Below, piece by piece: positions 8,751 through 24,624 of a stretch of DNA of 64,000 nucleotides; positions within the stretch are counted from its first letter, which is position 1, and the number at the start of each line of letters is the position of its first letter. This stretch comes from Rhodospirillaceae bacterium (GTDB lineage Bacteria > Pseudomonadota > Alphaproteobacteria > CACIAM-22H2), in the NCBI GenBank assembly GCA_027490975.1, contig JAIXXA010000166.1:14150-78149 (forward strand), written 5' to 3'. Position numbers and translations under genes: made by a program. The notes under the pieces were generated by a model, which had not been told where the DNA came from, ran no database searches, and worked only from the letters and a program-made list of their open reading frames with translations.

Positions 8751-9551
8751 TCAACCGTGGCCGGTGCCGAGATAGGCCGCGATCACTTTGGGATCGGCTT
8801 TGACCGTGTCGGGCGTGCCGTCGGCGATCTTGCGGCCGTATTCGAGCACGACGACGCGGTCGGAAATGTCCATGACCACGCCCATATCGTGCTCGATGAG
8901 CGCGATCGTGGTGCCGAACTGCTCGTTCACGTCGAGGATGAAGCGGCACATGTCCTCTTTCTCCTCGAGATTCATGCCGGCCATCGGCTCGTCGAGCAGC
9001 AGCAGTTCCGGCTCGGCGGCAAGGGCCCGCCCGAGCTCGACGCGCTTCTGCAGGCCGTAGGGCAAGCGGCCGACCGGCGTTTTGCGGATCGCCTGGATTT
9101 CGAGGAAGTCGATCACGCGCTCGACCGTCTCGCGATGGGCGATCTCTTCGGCCTGGGCCGGCCCCCAATGCAGGCACTGCCAGAGGAAGCCGCGCTTCAT
9201 CTTGAGCAAGCGCCCCGTCATGATGTTGTCGAGCGTCGACATGCCTTTGAACAGGGCGATGTTCTGGAAGGTGCGCGCAATGCCGCCGCGCGCCGCCTCG
9301 TAGGGGCGCATCGCTCCGCGCACCACGCCCTTGTACGAAATGCTGCCCTGGCTCGGCTGGTAGAAGCCGTTGATGCAGTTCAGCATCGACGACTTGCCCG
9401 CCCCGTTGGGCCCGATGATGGCGCGGATTTCGCCCTTGGCGATGTCGAACGACACGTCGGTCAGCGCTTTGACGCCGCCGAAGCCGAGGCTGACATTGTC
9501 GACCTTCAGCAGCGTGTCGCCGATCGTGCGGGCGATATGCGCGCGGCCCAT
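8751..9551 (-). CDS. Liv-type ABC ATP-binding protein (LivG-like)
   Basis: GPNGAGKS, RTFQN, LPYGLQKRVELGRAL, LLDEP, IEHDM; C-terminal part of ORF 8751..11303. Confidence 0.93.
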   Translation of the reverse strand: MGRAHIARTIGDTLLKVDNVSLGFGGVKALTDVSFDIAKGEIRAIIGPNGAGKSSMLNCINGFYQPSQGSISYKGVVRGAMRPYEAARGGIARTFQNIALFKGMSTLDNIMTGRLLKMKRGFLWQCLHWGPAQAEEIAHRETVERVIDFLEIQAIRKTPVGRLPYGLQKRVELGRALAAEPELLLLDEPMAGMNLEEKEDMCRFILDVNEQFGTTIALIEHDMGVVMDISDRVVVLEYGRKIADGTPDTVKADPKVIAAYLGTGHG

Positions 9552-9553
9552 CT

Positions 9554-11536
9554 TCAGCCCGCCTTCTGCAACGCCGGCGTCGCCGTCGCCGGGCGGTGGG
9601 CGGCAAAGCGCGGCACGTCGCGGATCGCAAGATCGGCTTCGATCTTGCCCGTGCGCCCGTCTTCGAACGTGACCACGCTCGAGATGAAGGCGCGCTCGGC
9701 CCCCGAATAGAGCCCGTCGATCAAGGGCGCGTAGCGGTCGGCGATGAAGCTGCGGCGCACTTTGCGCGTGCGCGTGAGTTCGCCGTCGTCGGCGTCGAGT
9801 TCCTTGTGCAGCAGCAGGAAGCGCCTTATCTGGCTGCCCGCGAGATTGGCGTCTTCCGCCAAATCGCGATTGACCTGCTCGACGCATTCGAGCGCCAAGG
9901 CCTGCACCTCGGGCTTGGCGGCAAGCTCCTGGTACGAGGCGTAGGCAATGCCCTTGCGCTCGGCCCAATTGCCGACCGCGTCGAGATCGATGCACAGGAT
10001 GCACGACGCGAAATCGCGCCCGTGGCCGAACGCGACGGCTTCTTTGACGTAGCTGAAAAACTTGAGCTTGTTCTCGATGTATTTGGGCGCGAACAGCGTG
10101 CCGTCGATCAAACGGCCGACGTCTTTGGCGCGGTCGATGATTTTGAGATGGCCGTCTTTGTCGAAGAAGCCCGCATCGCCGGTGAGGTAGTAGCCGTCCG
10201 GCGTTTTGGCAGACTGCGTCGCCGTGTCGTTCTTGAAGTAGCTCTGGAAGATGCCCGGCGACTTCACGAGCACCTCGCCGCTTTCGGCGATTTTGATTTC
10301 CACGCCCGGGGCGGGGACTCCCACCGTGTCGGCTTTGATCTGCCCGTCGGGCTGCATGCACACGAAGACGCTGGCCTCCGTCATGCCGTAGAGCTGCTTG
10401 AGATTGAGGCCGAGCGAGCGGTAGAAATCGAAAATGTCGGGGCCGATCGCTTCGCCCGCCGTGTAGCCCACGCGCATCTTCGTGAAACCGAGTGTGTTCT
10501 TGAGCGGCCCGTAGACCAGCAGCTCGCCCAGCGCATAGAGCAGCCGGTCGGCAAGGCCGACTTGCTTTTTGTCCATCAGCGCGATGCCGGCGGTTTTGGC
10601 CAGCCGCATGAAATAGCGGTACATGGCGCGCTTGGGCGCGCTCGCGTCTTCCATGCGGATCGAGACTTGCGTGAGGATGTTTTCGAAGATTCGCGGCGGG
10701 GCGAAGAAGAAACTCGGGCCGATCTCGCGCAGATCGGTCATCACGGTCGCGCCCGATTCCGGGCAGCTCACGCAGAAGCCCGCGACGTAGGCTTGCGCGT
10801 ACGAGAATACGTGGTCGCCCACCCACGCCATCGGCAGATAGGCGAGGATGTCGTCGGTTTCGGTCAGGCGGTCGAAATCGACGGCACTCTGCGCGGTCTT
10901 GATCACGTTGTCGTAGCTCAGCAGCACGCCCTTGGGCTGGCCCGTGGTGCCCGACGTGTAGAGCATCACCGAATGGTCGCTGCCCCGGCCTTTGGCGATT
11001 TCGGCGTCGAGAAAGCCCGGATCGGCCGCGATGCGCGCATCGCCCTGCTTGGAAACGTCGGCGAGCGCCACGAGCCCGTCTTCGCTGTAGCCGCGCATGC
11101 CGCGCGGATCGTTGTAGGCGATGGTGCGCGGCAGGCCGGTCTTGGCGCGGATCGCGAGCAGCTTGTCGACCTGTTCCTGGTCTTCGACGACCGCGAGCCA
11201 CGCCTCGGCATGCCCGATCACATAGGCCATCTCGTCGGCGACCGCGTCCTGGTAGACCGGGACCGGAATGGCGCCGAGCATTTGGGCTGCACAGATGGAC
11301 CAATAGAGCTGCGGCCGATTGTCGCCGACGAGGACCAGTTTGTCGCCGCGCGCCACGCCCAGCGACGCGAAGCCTGCGGCGAGGCGCCGGATCTCGGTCG
11401 CCATTTCGGCCCAGCTCCAGCTTTGCCAGATGCCGAAATCCTTTTCGCGCATGGCCGGGCGCGCGCCTCGCGACCGCACATTGTGCGCGAGCAGCTTCGG
11501 AAACGTGTCGAGCCTCGGATCGCGGACCGAATTCAT
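9554..11536 (-). CDS. Long-chain fatty-acid--CoA ligase (AMP-binding)
   Basis: YTSGTTGQPKG, YGMTE, TGDAG, IIDRAKD, ELTRTRKVRR. Confidence 0.93.
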   Translation of the reverse strand: MNSVRDPRLDTFPKLLAHNVRSRGARPAMREKDFGIWQSWSWAEMATEIRRLAAGFASLGVARGDKLVLVGDNRPQLYWSICAAQMLGAIPVPVYQDAVADEMAYVIGHAEAWLAVVEDQEQVDKLLAIRAKTGLPRTIAYNDPRGMRGYSEDGLVALADVSKQGDARIAADPGFLDAEIAKGRGSDHSVMLYTSGTTGQPKGVLLSYDNVIKTAQSAVDFDRLTETDDILAYLPMAWVGDHVFSYAQAYVAGFCVSCPESGATVMTDLREIGPSFFFAPPRIFENILTQVSIRMEDASAPKRAMYRYFMRLAKTAGIALMDKKQVGLADRLLYALGELLVYGPLKNTLGFTKMRVGYTAGEAIGPDIFDFYRSLGLNLKQLYGMTEASVFVCMQPDGQIKADTVGVPAPGVEIKIAESGEVLVKSPGIFQSYFKNDTATQSAKTPDGYYLTGDAGFFDKDGHLKIIDRAKDVGRLIDGTLFAPKYIENKLKFFSYVKEAVAFGHGRDFASCILCIDLDAVGNWAERKGIAYASYQELAAKPEVQALALECVEQVNRDLAEDANLAGSQIRRFLLLHKELDADDGELTRTRKVRRSFIADRYAPLIDGLYSGAERAFISSVVTFEDGRTGKIEADLAIRDVPRFAAHRPATATPALQKAG

Positions 11537-11652
11537 TTCAGAACAAGGACGGCAGATTGTGCATGGCGGATCAGGCGTGTGGCTCCCTGGCGGCAAATCG
11601 GGCTATCTTTTTTCGCCCTTGTCTTCCTGCCACTTAATTCGAAAGCGGTAAC

Positions 11653-12443
11653 TTGGTCAAGCAAAGCCCGATCTTCGCGTGCAACATCGGTGCGGGGGCC
11701 GTGCGCGTGCAGCGCGTGAACGAGGCCGCCAACGGCCGGCCGGTCGTGTTCCTGCACGAAGCCCTCGGATCGATCGCCCTGTGGCGCGACTTTCCCGCCG
11801 CCTTGTGCGCGCGCACAAGGCGGCCCGGCATCGTCTATGAGCGCCTCGGGCACGGCCAGTCCGACCCGCCGCCGGGACCGCGTGCGCCGCATTATCTGCA
11901 TGAAGAAGCGCGGAATTTGTGCACGCTGCTCGACCGGCTCGGCGTTGCCGAGGCCGATCTCGTCGGGCATTCCGACGGCGGTTCGATCGCGTTGCTGGCG
12001 GGTGCGGCTGCCCCCGATCGGTTCGGCGCCGTCGTCACGATCGCCGCCCACGTCTATGTCGAAGAACTGACGCTTGCCGGCATTCGCGCGGCGGTCGAGC
12101 TCTACAGAACGACCGATCTGCGCCCGCGCCTTGCGCGCTACCATGGGTCTCAGACTGATGCGTTGTTCGCCGCCTGGGCCCAGACATGGCTGTCCGCCCC
12201 CTTCGCGGCTTGGAACATCGAAGCGGACCTCAAGACGCTGACCGCGCCCGTGCTGGCGGTGCAGGGCGAAAACGACGAATACGGCACGCTCGACCAGCTC
12301 AGGCGCATTGGCCGCGCGGTCGGCGGCAGTTGCGAAACCTGGGAAGTGCCGGGAGCGGCCCACCAGCCGCAATTCCAGGCGGCAGAGGCGATGCTCGCCC
12401 GGCTTGCGGCGTTTCTGGAACCGCACGCCCCGGACTTGGCGCT

Positions 12444-12447
<4 letters not shown>
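11653..12447 (+). CDS. Alpha/beta hydrolase
   Basis: LHEALG, nucleophile elbow [14 protein letters not shown], catalytic His; TTG start uncertain. Confidence 0.88.
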
Positions 12448-14906
<2,459 letters not shown>

Positions 14907-15188
14907 ACCGCGCGCGAAGGCCGGGCGTTTGCGCGCCGCCGTCGGCAGGCGCGAAATTGGGGACGCGGTGGAAATGGCAAATTCCTCAGATTCCGGTTAC
15001 GCCGGGGGACAGTCTGGCGCTGCCTTGGTTACTCCTTTGAGACTTTAACACTCGACTCGTTAACAGGTCGTTTACCCTCGCCCCGGCACCCCGGCGTACC
15101 GCTTCAATCCCGCGCGCAGCCGTGCTATGCCAACGACACGCGCCGGAGGGCCGGTGCGACGCTGCTCGCAAAAGGGGGAGATTTGCTC

Positions 15189-17876
<2,688 letters not shown>

Positions 17877-17901
17877 CCGTCGCGGCCTCGGCCGAAACGA
17901 C

Positions 17902-17933
17902 AAAAGCCCCGAACGAAAGTTCGGGGCTTTTTG
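17902..17933. terminator. Bidirectional intrinsic terminator
   Basis: AAAAGCCCCGAAC-GAAA-GTTCGGGGCTTTTT between convergent genes. Confidence 0.9.
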
Positions 17934-17935
17934 TT

Positions 17936-18298
17936 TCAGGCGAGCGCCAACACGCACAACCCCGCCGATACGATCCACACCGCGACGATCGTTGCCGCCG
18001 CCATACGACTGACCGGCCGGTCGGCCGAAGCTGCCGCCTGGCGGAATTCGGCCAGCAAGGCGGGCGGGATCAAACGCACGGCAAGCCAAAGCCCGGCCGG
18101 AACGAGCAAAAGATCGTCGAGAAAGCCCAGAACGGGCACAAAATCGGGAATGAGATCGATGGGGCTGAACGCGTAGGCGCTGGTCGCCAGCGCCACGATT
18201 TTGGCCACAAGCGGCGTGCGCGCGTCGCGCGCGGCGATCCACAAAGCCAGCGCCATGCGCTTGAGGGCACGCGCCCAGTCTTTGAGACGATTCCACAT
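17936..18298 (-). CDS. DUF1232/YkvA family membrane protein
   Basis: [21 protein letters not shown] signature. Confidence 0.9.
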   Translation of the reverse strand: MWNRLKDWARALKRMALALWIAARDARTPLVAKIVALATSAYAFSPIDLIPDFVPVLGFLDDLLLVPAGLWLAVRLIPPALLAEFRQAAASADRPVSRMAAATIVAVWIVSAGLCVLALA

Positions 18299-18357
18299 CG
18301 GCGCGACCTTGCCCGATTGGGGTTGCGGCGGACAAGGGCGGCGGCTATATCGCGGCC

Positions 18358-18750
18358 ATGCTGCTTGAAATCGTCCCCCTCTACGCGGCCCTGCTGGGCA
18401 TGCTCTATCTCGCTTTGAGCCTGCGCGCGATCCGCGCGCGGCGCGCGGCCCGCAAAGCGATCGGTCCGCTTGGCGAAACGGCGCTCGACCGGCATGTGCG
18501 CGTGCATGCGAATTTTGCCGAATACGCGCCGTTCGTGCTGCTGCTGCTGGCCTTTGCCGAATTGCGCGAAGCGCCCGAAGGCCTGCTTCACCTTGCCTGT
18601 GCGGGTCTCGTGGCGGGCCGCTTCGCGCATGCCTGGGGCGTGTCGCGGGAGCCCGAAAACTTCCGCTTCCGCAAATACGGCATGATGGCGACGTTCTTCG
18701 CCCTCGTCGTCGCCGTCACGCTGTTGCTGGCCTCTTATCTGTTCGGCTAA
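18358..18750 (+). CDS. MAPEG family membrane protein
   Basis: [19 protein letters not shown], four hydrophobic segments. Confidence 0.9.
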   Translation: MLLEIVPLYAALLGMLYLALSLRAIRARRAARKAIGPLGETALDRHVRVHANFAEYAPFVLLLLAFAELREAPEGLLHLACAGLVAGRFAHAWGVSREPENFRFRKYGMMATFFALVVAVTLLLASYLFG

Positions 18751-19025
18751 AGCGGCAGGCTATCCTGCGGCCCCGACGGCGACGGGGCGGGCCTTGCCAA
18801 ACGCGGCGGGTTGAGGCGGCGGATCGTGATGTTGCCGTCGGCGTCGATTTCGGGGGCGGCGTATTGCGGCAGGTTCGCGATCATGGCGCCAAGCGCTTGG
18901 ATCATCAATGCGATCGCCTCGCGCGCCAATTGCTCGGGCGGTACGGTTTGGTTCTGGCTTTGCGGCTGGGCCGATGCGGGAACGGCAAACAGCAACGCTG
19001 CGATCAACAAGGCTTTGGCGCGCAT
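18747..19025 (-). CDS. Small exported hypothetical protein
   Basis: GGAGG RBS, signal peptide MRAKALLIAALLFAVPASA, motif LPQYAAPEIDADGNITIRR. Confidence 0.7.
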   Translation of the reverse strand: MRAKALLIAALLFAVPASAQPQSQNQTVPPEQLAREAIALMIQALGAMIANLPQYAAPEIDADGNITIRRLNPPRLARPAPSPSGPQDSLPL

Positions 19026-19081
19026 CTCGAACCCTCCGTCGGTTCGCCTGCACAACGCGCCTGCAACTTGCGCTATTCCCT

Positions 19082-19909
19082 CTAAAGCCCCGTGCGCACG
19101 TCCCAGAGTTCGGGGAACAGGCGGATGTCGAGCAGCTTTTTCAGATAGCCCACGCCGGCCGTACCGCCTGTACCCCGCTTGAAGCCGATCACGCGTTCGA
19201 CCGTCGTCACATGGCGAAAACGCCATTGGCGCAAGCCGTCTTCGAGGTCGACGAGTTCTTCGGCGAGTTCGTAGAGATCGAAATGGCGTTTGGTGTCGCG
19301 ATAAACCTCGGCCCAGGCCGCCTCGACCGAAGCGTTGGGCGCGTAAGGCAAGCGCCAGTCGCGCGCTGTGGTGGCGGCATCGAGCGCGAAACCGCGGCGG
19401 GCGAGCAAGAGGATCGCCTCGTCGTAGAGCGAGGGTTCGGCAAGCGCGTTTTCGAGAACGGCGGAAATGTCGGCGCGATGGCGGTGGGCGGCGAGGAAGC
19501 GCGCATCCTTGTTGCCGCACATGAATTCGATGAGGCGGTACTGGTAGCTCTGGAACCCCGAGGAATGGCCGAGACTGGCGCGGAATGCGCTGTATTCGCT
19601 GGGCGTCATCGTCGCCAGCACGTCCCACGCTTGGATGAGCTGCGCGAAGATGCGTGCGACGCGCGCGAGCCCCTTGAACGCGGGGCCGAGATCGTCGGCG
19701 GCCACGCAGGCGCGCGCGCGTTTCATCTCGTCGATGACGAGCTTCATCCAAAGCTCGCTCGTCTGGTGCTGCACGATGAACAGCAATTCGTTGGGATCGC
19801 CCGACAACGGCTTCTGCGCGCCCAAGAGCGAATCGAGCGACAGATAGTCGCCGTAGCTCATCGACGCGGCGAAATCCTTGTGGGCGGCGTCGGGGCTATC
19901 GTCGGCCAT
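19082..19909 (-). CDS. kynA: Tryptophan 2,3-dioxygenase
   Basis: [38 protein letters not shown]. Confidence 0.96.
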   Translation of the reverse strand: MADDSPDAAHKDFAASMSYGDYLSLDSLLGAQKPLSGDPNELLFIVQHQTSELWMKLVIDEMKRARACVAADDLGPAFKGLARVARIFAQLIQAWDVLATMTPSEYSAFRASLGHSSGFQSYQYRLIEFMCGNKDARFLAAHRHRADISAVLENALAEPSLYDEAILLLARRGFALDAATTARDWRLPYAPNASVEAAWAEVYRDTKRHFDLYELAEELVDLEDGLRQWRFRHVTTVERVIGFKRGTGGTAGVGYLKKLLDIRLFPELWDVRTGL

Positions 19910-21192
19910 TACGTGACCGCAGCGCGAACCGCGTATTTGGGATCCTCGTAGGCGCGCGTTTCGATCACGTCGGCGAGATTGGCGGCCGCATCCCACACAT
20001 CGACATAACGCAGATAGAGCGGTGCGAAGCCGAAGCGCATGATGTCCGGCATGCGGAAATCGCCGATCACGCGGCGCTCGATCAAAGCCTGCACGATCTC
20101 GTAGCCCTTGGGATGGCTGTAGGAGAGCTGGCTGCCGCGCTTGTCGAAATCGCGCGGGCTCACGCGCGCAAGGCCGAGCTTCTCGCCGACCGAATCGACG
20201 AGGATGCGGAAAATCTCGGTCAGCGCCTCGGATTTCGAGCGGATGTCTTCCATCTTCCAGCGCAGCATCGCATCCACGCCGCATTCGAGCGTGCGCAACG
20301 ACAGGATCGAGGGCGACGACACGATGGCGCGCTGCATGCCCGCGGCCGGGCGGAAATCGGTTTCGAACTTGAAGGGTGCCGCATGGCCGAGCCAGCCTTG
20401 CAGCGGTTGGCGGAAGCTCGCCTGCAGGCGCTTGGACACGTAGAGGAACGCCGGCGCGCCCGGCCCGCCATTCAGATATTTGTAGCCGCAGCCGACCGCG
20501 TAATCGACGTCGCAGCCCGCAAGATCGACCGGTAGAGCGCCCGCCGAATGGGCCAAGTCCCAGATCGCCAGCGCCCCTTTGGCATGGGCCGCGCGCGTGA
20601 TCGCCGCCATGTCGTGCAATTCGCCGGTGCGATAGTCGACATGGCCGAGCATCACGGCGACGGTGTCGTCGTCGATCGCCTCGACGATTTCGGCGACGGT
20701 ATCGAAAAGCTTGAGCTGATGGCCCTGGCCCAACTGCTTGAACAGCCCGTCGGCCATGTAGAGATCGGTCGGGAAATTGCCGCGGTCGGACAGGATCGTT
20801 CGCCGCTTGGGCCGCTCGGCCAATGCCGCCGCCACGAGCTTGTAGAGATTGAGCGAGGTCGTGTCGCAGGCCGCGACCGTGCCCTCGGGCGCGCCGATCA
20901 GGCGGCCGATCTTGTCGCCGAGCGTGAGCGGCAACTGCATCCAGCCATGTTTGGTCCAGCCCGCGATGAGGTCTTCGCCCCATTCCTGACGCATCGCTTC
21001 GAAGATGCGGTTGGGGGCGAGGCGCGGCAGCGGGCCCAGCGAATTGCCGTCGAGATAGACGAGGCCCGCGGGCAAAAGGAAATGGTCGCGCGCCCGGCCC
21101 AGCGGGTCGTTGGCGTCCATGGCTTTGGCGTCGGCGCGCGTGGGCGCTTGCGGCGGGAACGGCGAATGGCGGTCGAGCGAGGCTTGCGGCAT
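19909..21192 (-). CDS. kynU: Kynureninase
   Basis: [28 protein letters not shown] (PLP Lys), RFGFAPLY; TAATG coupling to kynA. Confidence 0.96.
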   Translation of the reverse strand: MPQASLDRHSPFPPQAPTRADAKAMDANDPLGRARDHFLLPAGLVYLDGNSLGPLPRLAPNRIFEAMRQEWGEDLIAGWTKHGWMQLPLTLGDKIGRLIGAPEGTVAACDTTSLNLYKLVAAALAERPKRRTILSDRGNFPTDLYMADGLFKQLGQGHQLKLFDTVAEIVEAIDDDTVAVMLGHVDYRTGELHDMAAITRAAHAKGALAIWDLAHSAGALPVDLAGCDVDYAVGCGYKYLNGGPGAPAFLYVSKRLQASFRQPLQGWLGHAAPFKFETDFRPAAGMQRAIVSSPSILSLRTLECGVDAMLRWKMEDIRSKSEALTEIFRILVDSVGEKLGLARVSPRDFDKRGSQLSYSHPKGYEIVQALIERRVIGDFRMPDIMRFGFAPLYLRYVDVWDAAANLADVIETRAYEDPKYAVRAAVT

Positions 21193-21250
21193 GGGCTCAA
21201 TAAAGCCTCGCTCGCGCGCGAGATTCAATAGGCTTGAAAGCGAACCCTGT

Positions 21251-21745
21251 TCAGCCGCTCTTGACCGCGACCTTGATCGCCCGGCGCTCGGCTTCCACGG
21301 GGCGCGGCACGAAGACCCGCAGCACGCCGTTGTCGAATTGCCCTGCGATGCGCGCGGGATCGACGTCGAACGGCAATTCGAAACGCCGCACGAATTTGCC
21401 GTAGGCGCACTCGCTCAGATGCGTGCGCTTGCCGCTTGCGGGATCGTCTTTTTCGAGCCTGCGCTCGGCGGCAACCGTCAGCACGCCGTCTTCGATTTCG
21501 ACCGCAACGTCCTTGGGATCGATGCCGGGCAGGTCGAAAAGGAATTCCACGCCGGCGTCGGTTTCGCAGACCTCGGCGGCCGGGCTCAGGAACGCCGCCG
21601 CCCCGGCCGGCGGGGCGGGCCAGCCGCGCGCGAAATCGTCGAACATGCGGTCCATCTCGCGGCGCATGGCCGCGAACGGATCGCGCGCGGCCGGTGCGTG
21701 CGCCGAAACGCCGCGCGCATTGGGCAGCGGCGATTTGAAATCCAT
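21251..21745 (-). CDS. Small heat shock protein (Hsp20/alpha-crystallin)
   Basis: DPF..MRREMDRMFDDF, DLPG, YGKFVRRFELP, NGVL. Confidence 0.92.
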   Translation of the reverse strand: MDFKSPLPNARGVSAHAPAARDPFAAMRREMDRMFDDFARGWPAPPAGAAAFLSPAAEVCETDAGVEFLFDLPGIDPKDVAVEIEDGVLTVAAERRLEKDDPASGKRTHLSECAYGKFVRRFELPFDVDPARIAGQFDNGVLRVFVPRPVEAERRAIKVAVKSG

Positions 21746-21825
21746 GGCACTCCTCCTTCGGGATCGATGCGCGAAGCGGGCCTCAGCCCAATCCGCATTA
21801 TCCCTCGAAGGCGGCGCTGCCCGAT

Positions 21826-21839
21826 ATGATCTAGGTCAA
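21826..21839 (-). promoter_or_regulatory. FNR/FixK-like box upstream of hsp20
   Basis: Minus strand TTGAC-CTAG-ATCAT, 23 nt before GATAAT (about class II spacing). Confidence 0.55.
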
Positions 21840-23704
21840 GCGGCCGCAAATCCCGCGGCGAGCGTGCTGGCGAGGCGCTTGGCGAAGGCCGACGGATCGT
21901 CGAGTTTGTCGCCCTCGACGATGCGCGCCTGGTCGAACAGCAGTTTTGCCACCTCGCTCACGCGCGCTTGCACGGCCGTATTGTCGCCCTGTTCGCGCAA
22001 GCTTCGCGCCAGCGCCTGGATCAACGCATGCTCGGGATTGAGTTCGAGGATGCGCTTTGCGGCCGCGCGCAGCTGCTTGTGCTGGCGCAGCATGCGCTCC
22101 AGATGGATGTCCATGTCGCTGTCGTCGGCGACGAGGCACACGGCGCTTTCGGCGAGGCGCTGGCTGGCGCGCACGTCCTTGACGCTGTCGCCGAGCGCCA
22201 GCCGGAACAGCGCCACCAGCGGCGCGATGTCGGAAGCGGCGTCGTCTTTCTTCGCGTCTTCGGGCTTTTCGGCGTCGGCGATCTTGTCGAGATCGGCGAG
22301 CCCGCGCGTGACGGACGCGAATTTTTTGCCTTCGAAGTCGGTCGTCTGCGCGATCCAGAATTCGTCGACGGGGTCCGACAGCAGCAGCACCTCGATGCCG
22401 CGCTTGGCGAAGCCCTCGAGATGCGGGCTGTTGGCGACCGTCTTCGTGTCGTCGCCGGCGATGTAGTAGATCGTCTCCTGCCCCGGCTTCATGCGCGCCG
22501 CGTACTCGGCAAGCCCGACCCATTTGTCGGGTGCGGTCGTGGTGCGGAAGCGCGCCAGCGACAGCACGCGGCCACCGTTTTCGGCGTCTTCGAAAATGCC
22601 TTCCTTCATCGCCTCGCCGAACGAATCCCAGAATACGGCGTAGGATTCGGCGTCGTCCTTGGCGCGCTTTTCGAGCTCGCCCAGCACGCGCGCGGTAATG
22701 CCCTGGCGGATCAGGCGCACGACCGGATTGTTCTGCAGCATCTCGCGGCTCACGTTGAGCGGCAGATCTTCCGAATCGACGACGCCGCGCAGGAAACGCA
22801 GATAGCGCGGCACCAGCCCCTCGGGCGCTTCGTTCACGAACACGCGCCGCACATAGAGCTTCACGCCGTGCTTGCGCTCGGGCGCAAACAGATCGAACGG
22901 CCGGATGCCCGGCACGTAAAGCAGCGCCGTGTATTCGATCTTGCCTTCCGCGCGCCAATGCAGCGTGCCCCACGGTTCGTCGAACCCGTGCGAGAGGTGG
23001 CGGTAGAATTCCGTGTGCTGCTCTTGCGTGACTTCGTTTTTGGCGCGCGTCCACAGGGCCGAGGCGCGGTTCAGCGTCTGGTCGGCAAGCTTGATCGGGA
23101 TCGCGATATGGTCGGAATAGCGGCGCACGATTTCGCCGAGCTTGTCGGCATCGAGGAACTCGGCCGCGTCGTCTTTCAAGTGCAGGCGGATCGACGTGCC
23201 GCGCTTGGGCAGGTCGATCGCATCGATCGTGTAGCTGCCCTTGCCGTCGGACTCCCAGCGCCAGCCCGCGTCGCTGCCGGCTTTGCGCGACTCGACCGTG
23301 ACCTTGTCGGCCACCATGAAGGCCGAATAGAAGCCGACGCCGAACTGGCCGATCAGCGGCATGTCCTTGCGCTGGCCCGCATCGAGCGCCTTCACGAAGG
23401 CGGCCGTGCCCGAACGCGCGATCGTGCCGAGATTGGCCACGAGATCGTCGCGATCCATGCCGATGCCGTTGTCGGCGACGGTCAGCGTTTTTCCGCCGCT
23501 GTCGGCCGTCAGGAGAACGGCGAAATCCGTGTCGTCGCCGGCGAGGGCGGCGTCCTGCTGCGCCAGAAAGCGCAGCTTGTCGCACGCGTCGGACGCGTTC
23601 GAAATCAGTTCGCGCAAGAACACCTGGCGTTCGCTGTAGAGCGAGTGCGCGACGATCTCGAGCAGGCGGCTCACCTCCGCCTGGAATTCGTGTTTTTCGG
23701 TCAT
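21836..23704 (-). CDS. htpG: Molecular chaperone HtpG (Hsp90)
   Basis: FLRELISNASDA, DNGIGM, NLGTIARSGT, IGQFGVGFYS, LNVSRE. Confidence 0.97.
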   Translation of the reverse strand: MTEKHEFQAEVSRLLEIVAHSLYSERQVFLRELISNASDACDKLRFLAQQDAALAGDDTDFAVLLTADSGGKTLTVADNGIGMDRDDLVANLGTIARSGTAAFVKALDAGQRKDMPLIGQFGVGFYSAFMVADKVTVESRKAGSDAGWRWESDGKGSYTIDAIDLPKRGTSIRLHLKDDAAEFLDADKLGEIVRRYSDHIAIPIKLADQTLNRASALWTRAKNEVTQEQHTEFYRHLSHGFDEPWGTLHWRAEGKIEYTALLYVPGIRPFDLFAPERKHGVKLYVRRVFVNEAPEGLVPRYLRFLRGVVDSEDLPLNVSREMLQNNPVVRLIRQGITARVLGELEKRAKDDAESYAVFWDSFGEAMKEGIFEDAENGGRVLSLARFRTTTAPDKWVGLAEYAARMKPGQETIYYIAGDDTKTVANSPHLEGFAKRGIEVLLLSDPVDEFWIAQTTDFEGKKFASVTRGLADLDKIADAEKPEDAKKDDAASDIAPLVALFRLALGDSVKDVRASQRLAESAVCLVADDSDMDIHLERMLRQHKQLRAAAKRILELNPEHALIQALARSLREQGDNTAVQARVSEVAKLLFDQARIVEGDKLDDPSAFAKRLASTLAAGFAAA

Positions 23705-23736
23705 CGTTGCTCCGGATGGTCTCGTTTTGCCGGGCT

Positions 23737-23765
23737 ATCTAGGGGAGCTGCCGCGCGGAATCAAG
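23737..23765 (-). promoter_or_regulatory. RpoH (sigma32-type) promoter of htpG
   Basis: Minus strand CTTGAT-N14-CCCCTAGAT, close to CTTGAA-N13/14-CCCCATNT. Confidence 0.72.
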
Positions 23766-23775
23766 AGACCCCGCA

Positions 23776-24582
23776 TCAGCTCCACTGGAACAGGATCGTG
23801 GCCCGGTCGCCCGTCGTGGCAAGCGTGTGGCTGACGATGCCCGTCGCCTGCGTCCAGCGATGCAGTTGCAGGCCCGGCGGCTCGAAGGTGTAGCCGCCGG
23901 CCGCGTCTTCGCGCAGGTCGAGGGCGATCTGGTGCGCGGTCGACGGGCAGATCGACGCGATCGTGCCGGCAAAACGCGCCTGGATCGCGCGATGCACATG
24001 GCCGCAGACCACGCGCTCGACATTCGGGTAGCGCTTGACGATGGCGGCCAAGCGCCCGTCGTCGCGCAGGGCCATCTTGTCCATGTGCCCGATGCCGGTC
24101 GCAAAAGGCGGGTGATGCTGGAAGATCAGCGTGGGCTTGGCCCCGCCCGCCGCAAGCGTGGCCTCGAGCCAAGCCGCCCGCGCGTTGCAGAACGTGCCCC
24201 ACGGTTTTTTGGGCTCGGACGTATCGACGGCGAGGAGGCGCACTGGATAGTCGTCGATCGCGTACTGGAAAAAGCCGTCTTCCGCCACCAAGTCGCCGCC
24301 CGCCCGGGGGAACGCGGCCTTCAAGGTCGCGCGCGCATCGTGGTTGCCCGGCACGACGAGCAGCGGCGCCTTTAGCGGCGCCAAGATCTCGCGCAGCACC
24401 GCATATTCGGCCGCCAAGCCGCGCTCGACGAGGTCGCCGGTGGCGAGCACGATGTCGGGCTGCGGGTCGAGCGCGTTCAGCACGGCGACGGCCTGGGTCA
24501 GATACGAAACCGTGTCGACTTTGCCGTAGGCGAACTTGCCGTCGGTTTGGATGTGGAGATCTGAGATCTGGGCGATGAGCAT
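23776..24582 (-). CDS. Metallophosphoesterase, CpdA/Icc-like phosphodiesterase
   Basis: ISDLH, TGDL, PGNHD, HHPP, GHVH. Confidence 0.92.
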   Translation of the reverse strand: MLIAQISDLHIQTDGKFAYGKVDTVSYLTQAVAVLNALDPQPDIVLATGDLVERGLAAEYAVLREILAPLKAPLLVVPGNHDARATLKAAFPRAGGDLVAEDGFFQYAIDDYPVRLLAVDTSEPKKPWGTFCNARAAWLEATLAAGGAKPTLIFQHHPPFATGIGHMDKMALRDDGRLAAIVKRYPNVERVVCGHVHRAIQARFAGTIASICPSTAHQIALDLREDAAGGYTFEPPGLQLHRWTQATGIVSHTLATTGDRATILFQWS

Positions 24583-24624
24583 CGCTTGAATTCGCCCGCC
24601 GGCCGGGCAAGAGTCAAGGTCGCG

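Noticed and set aside
15045-15064. Full CtrA box
   Set aside because: Spacing is TTAA-N11-TTAA rather than N7; kept only as half-sites.
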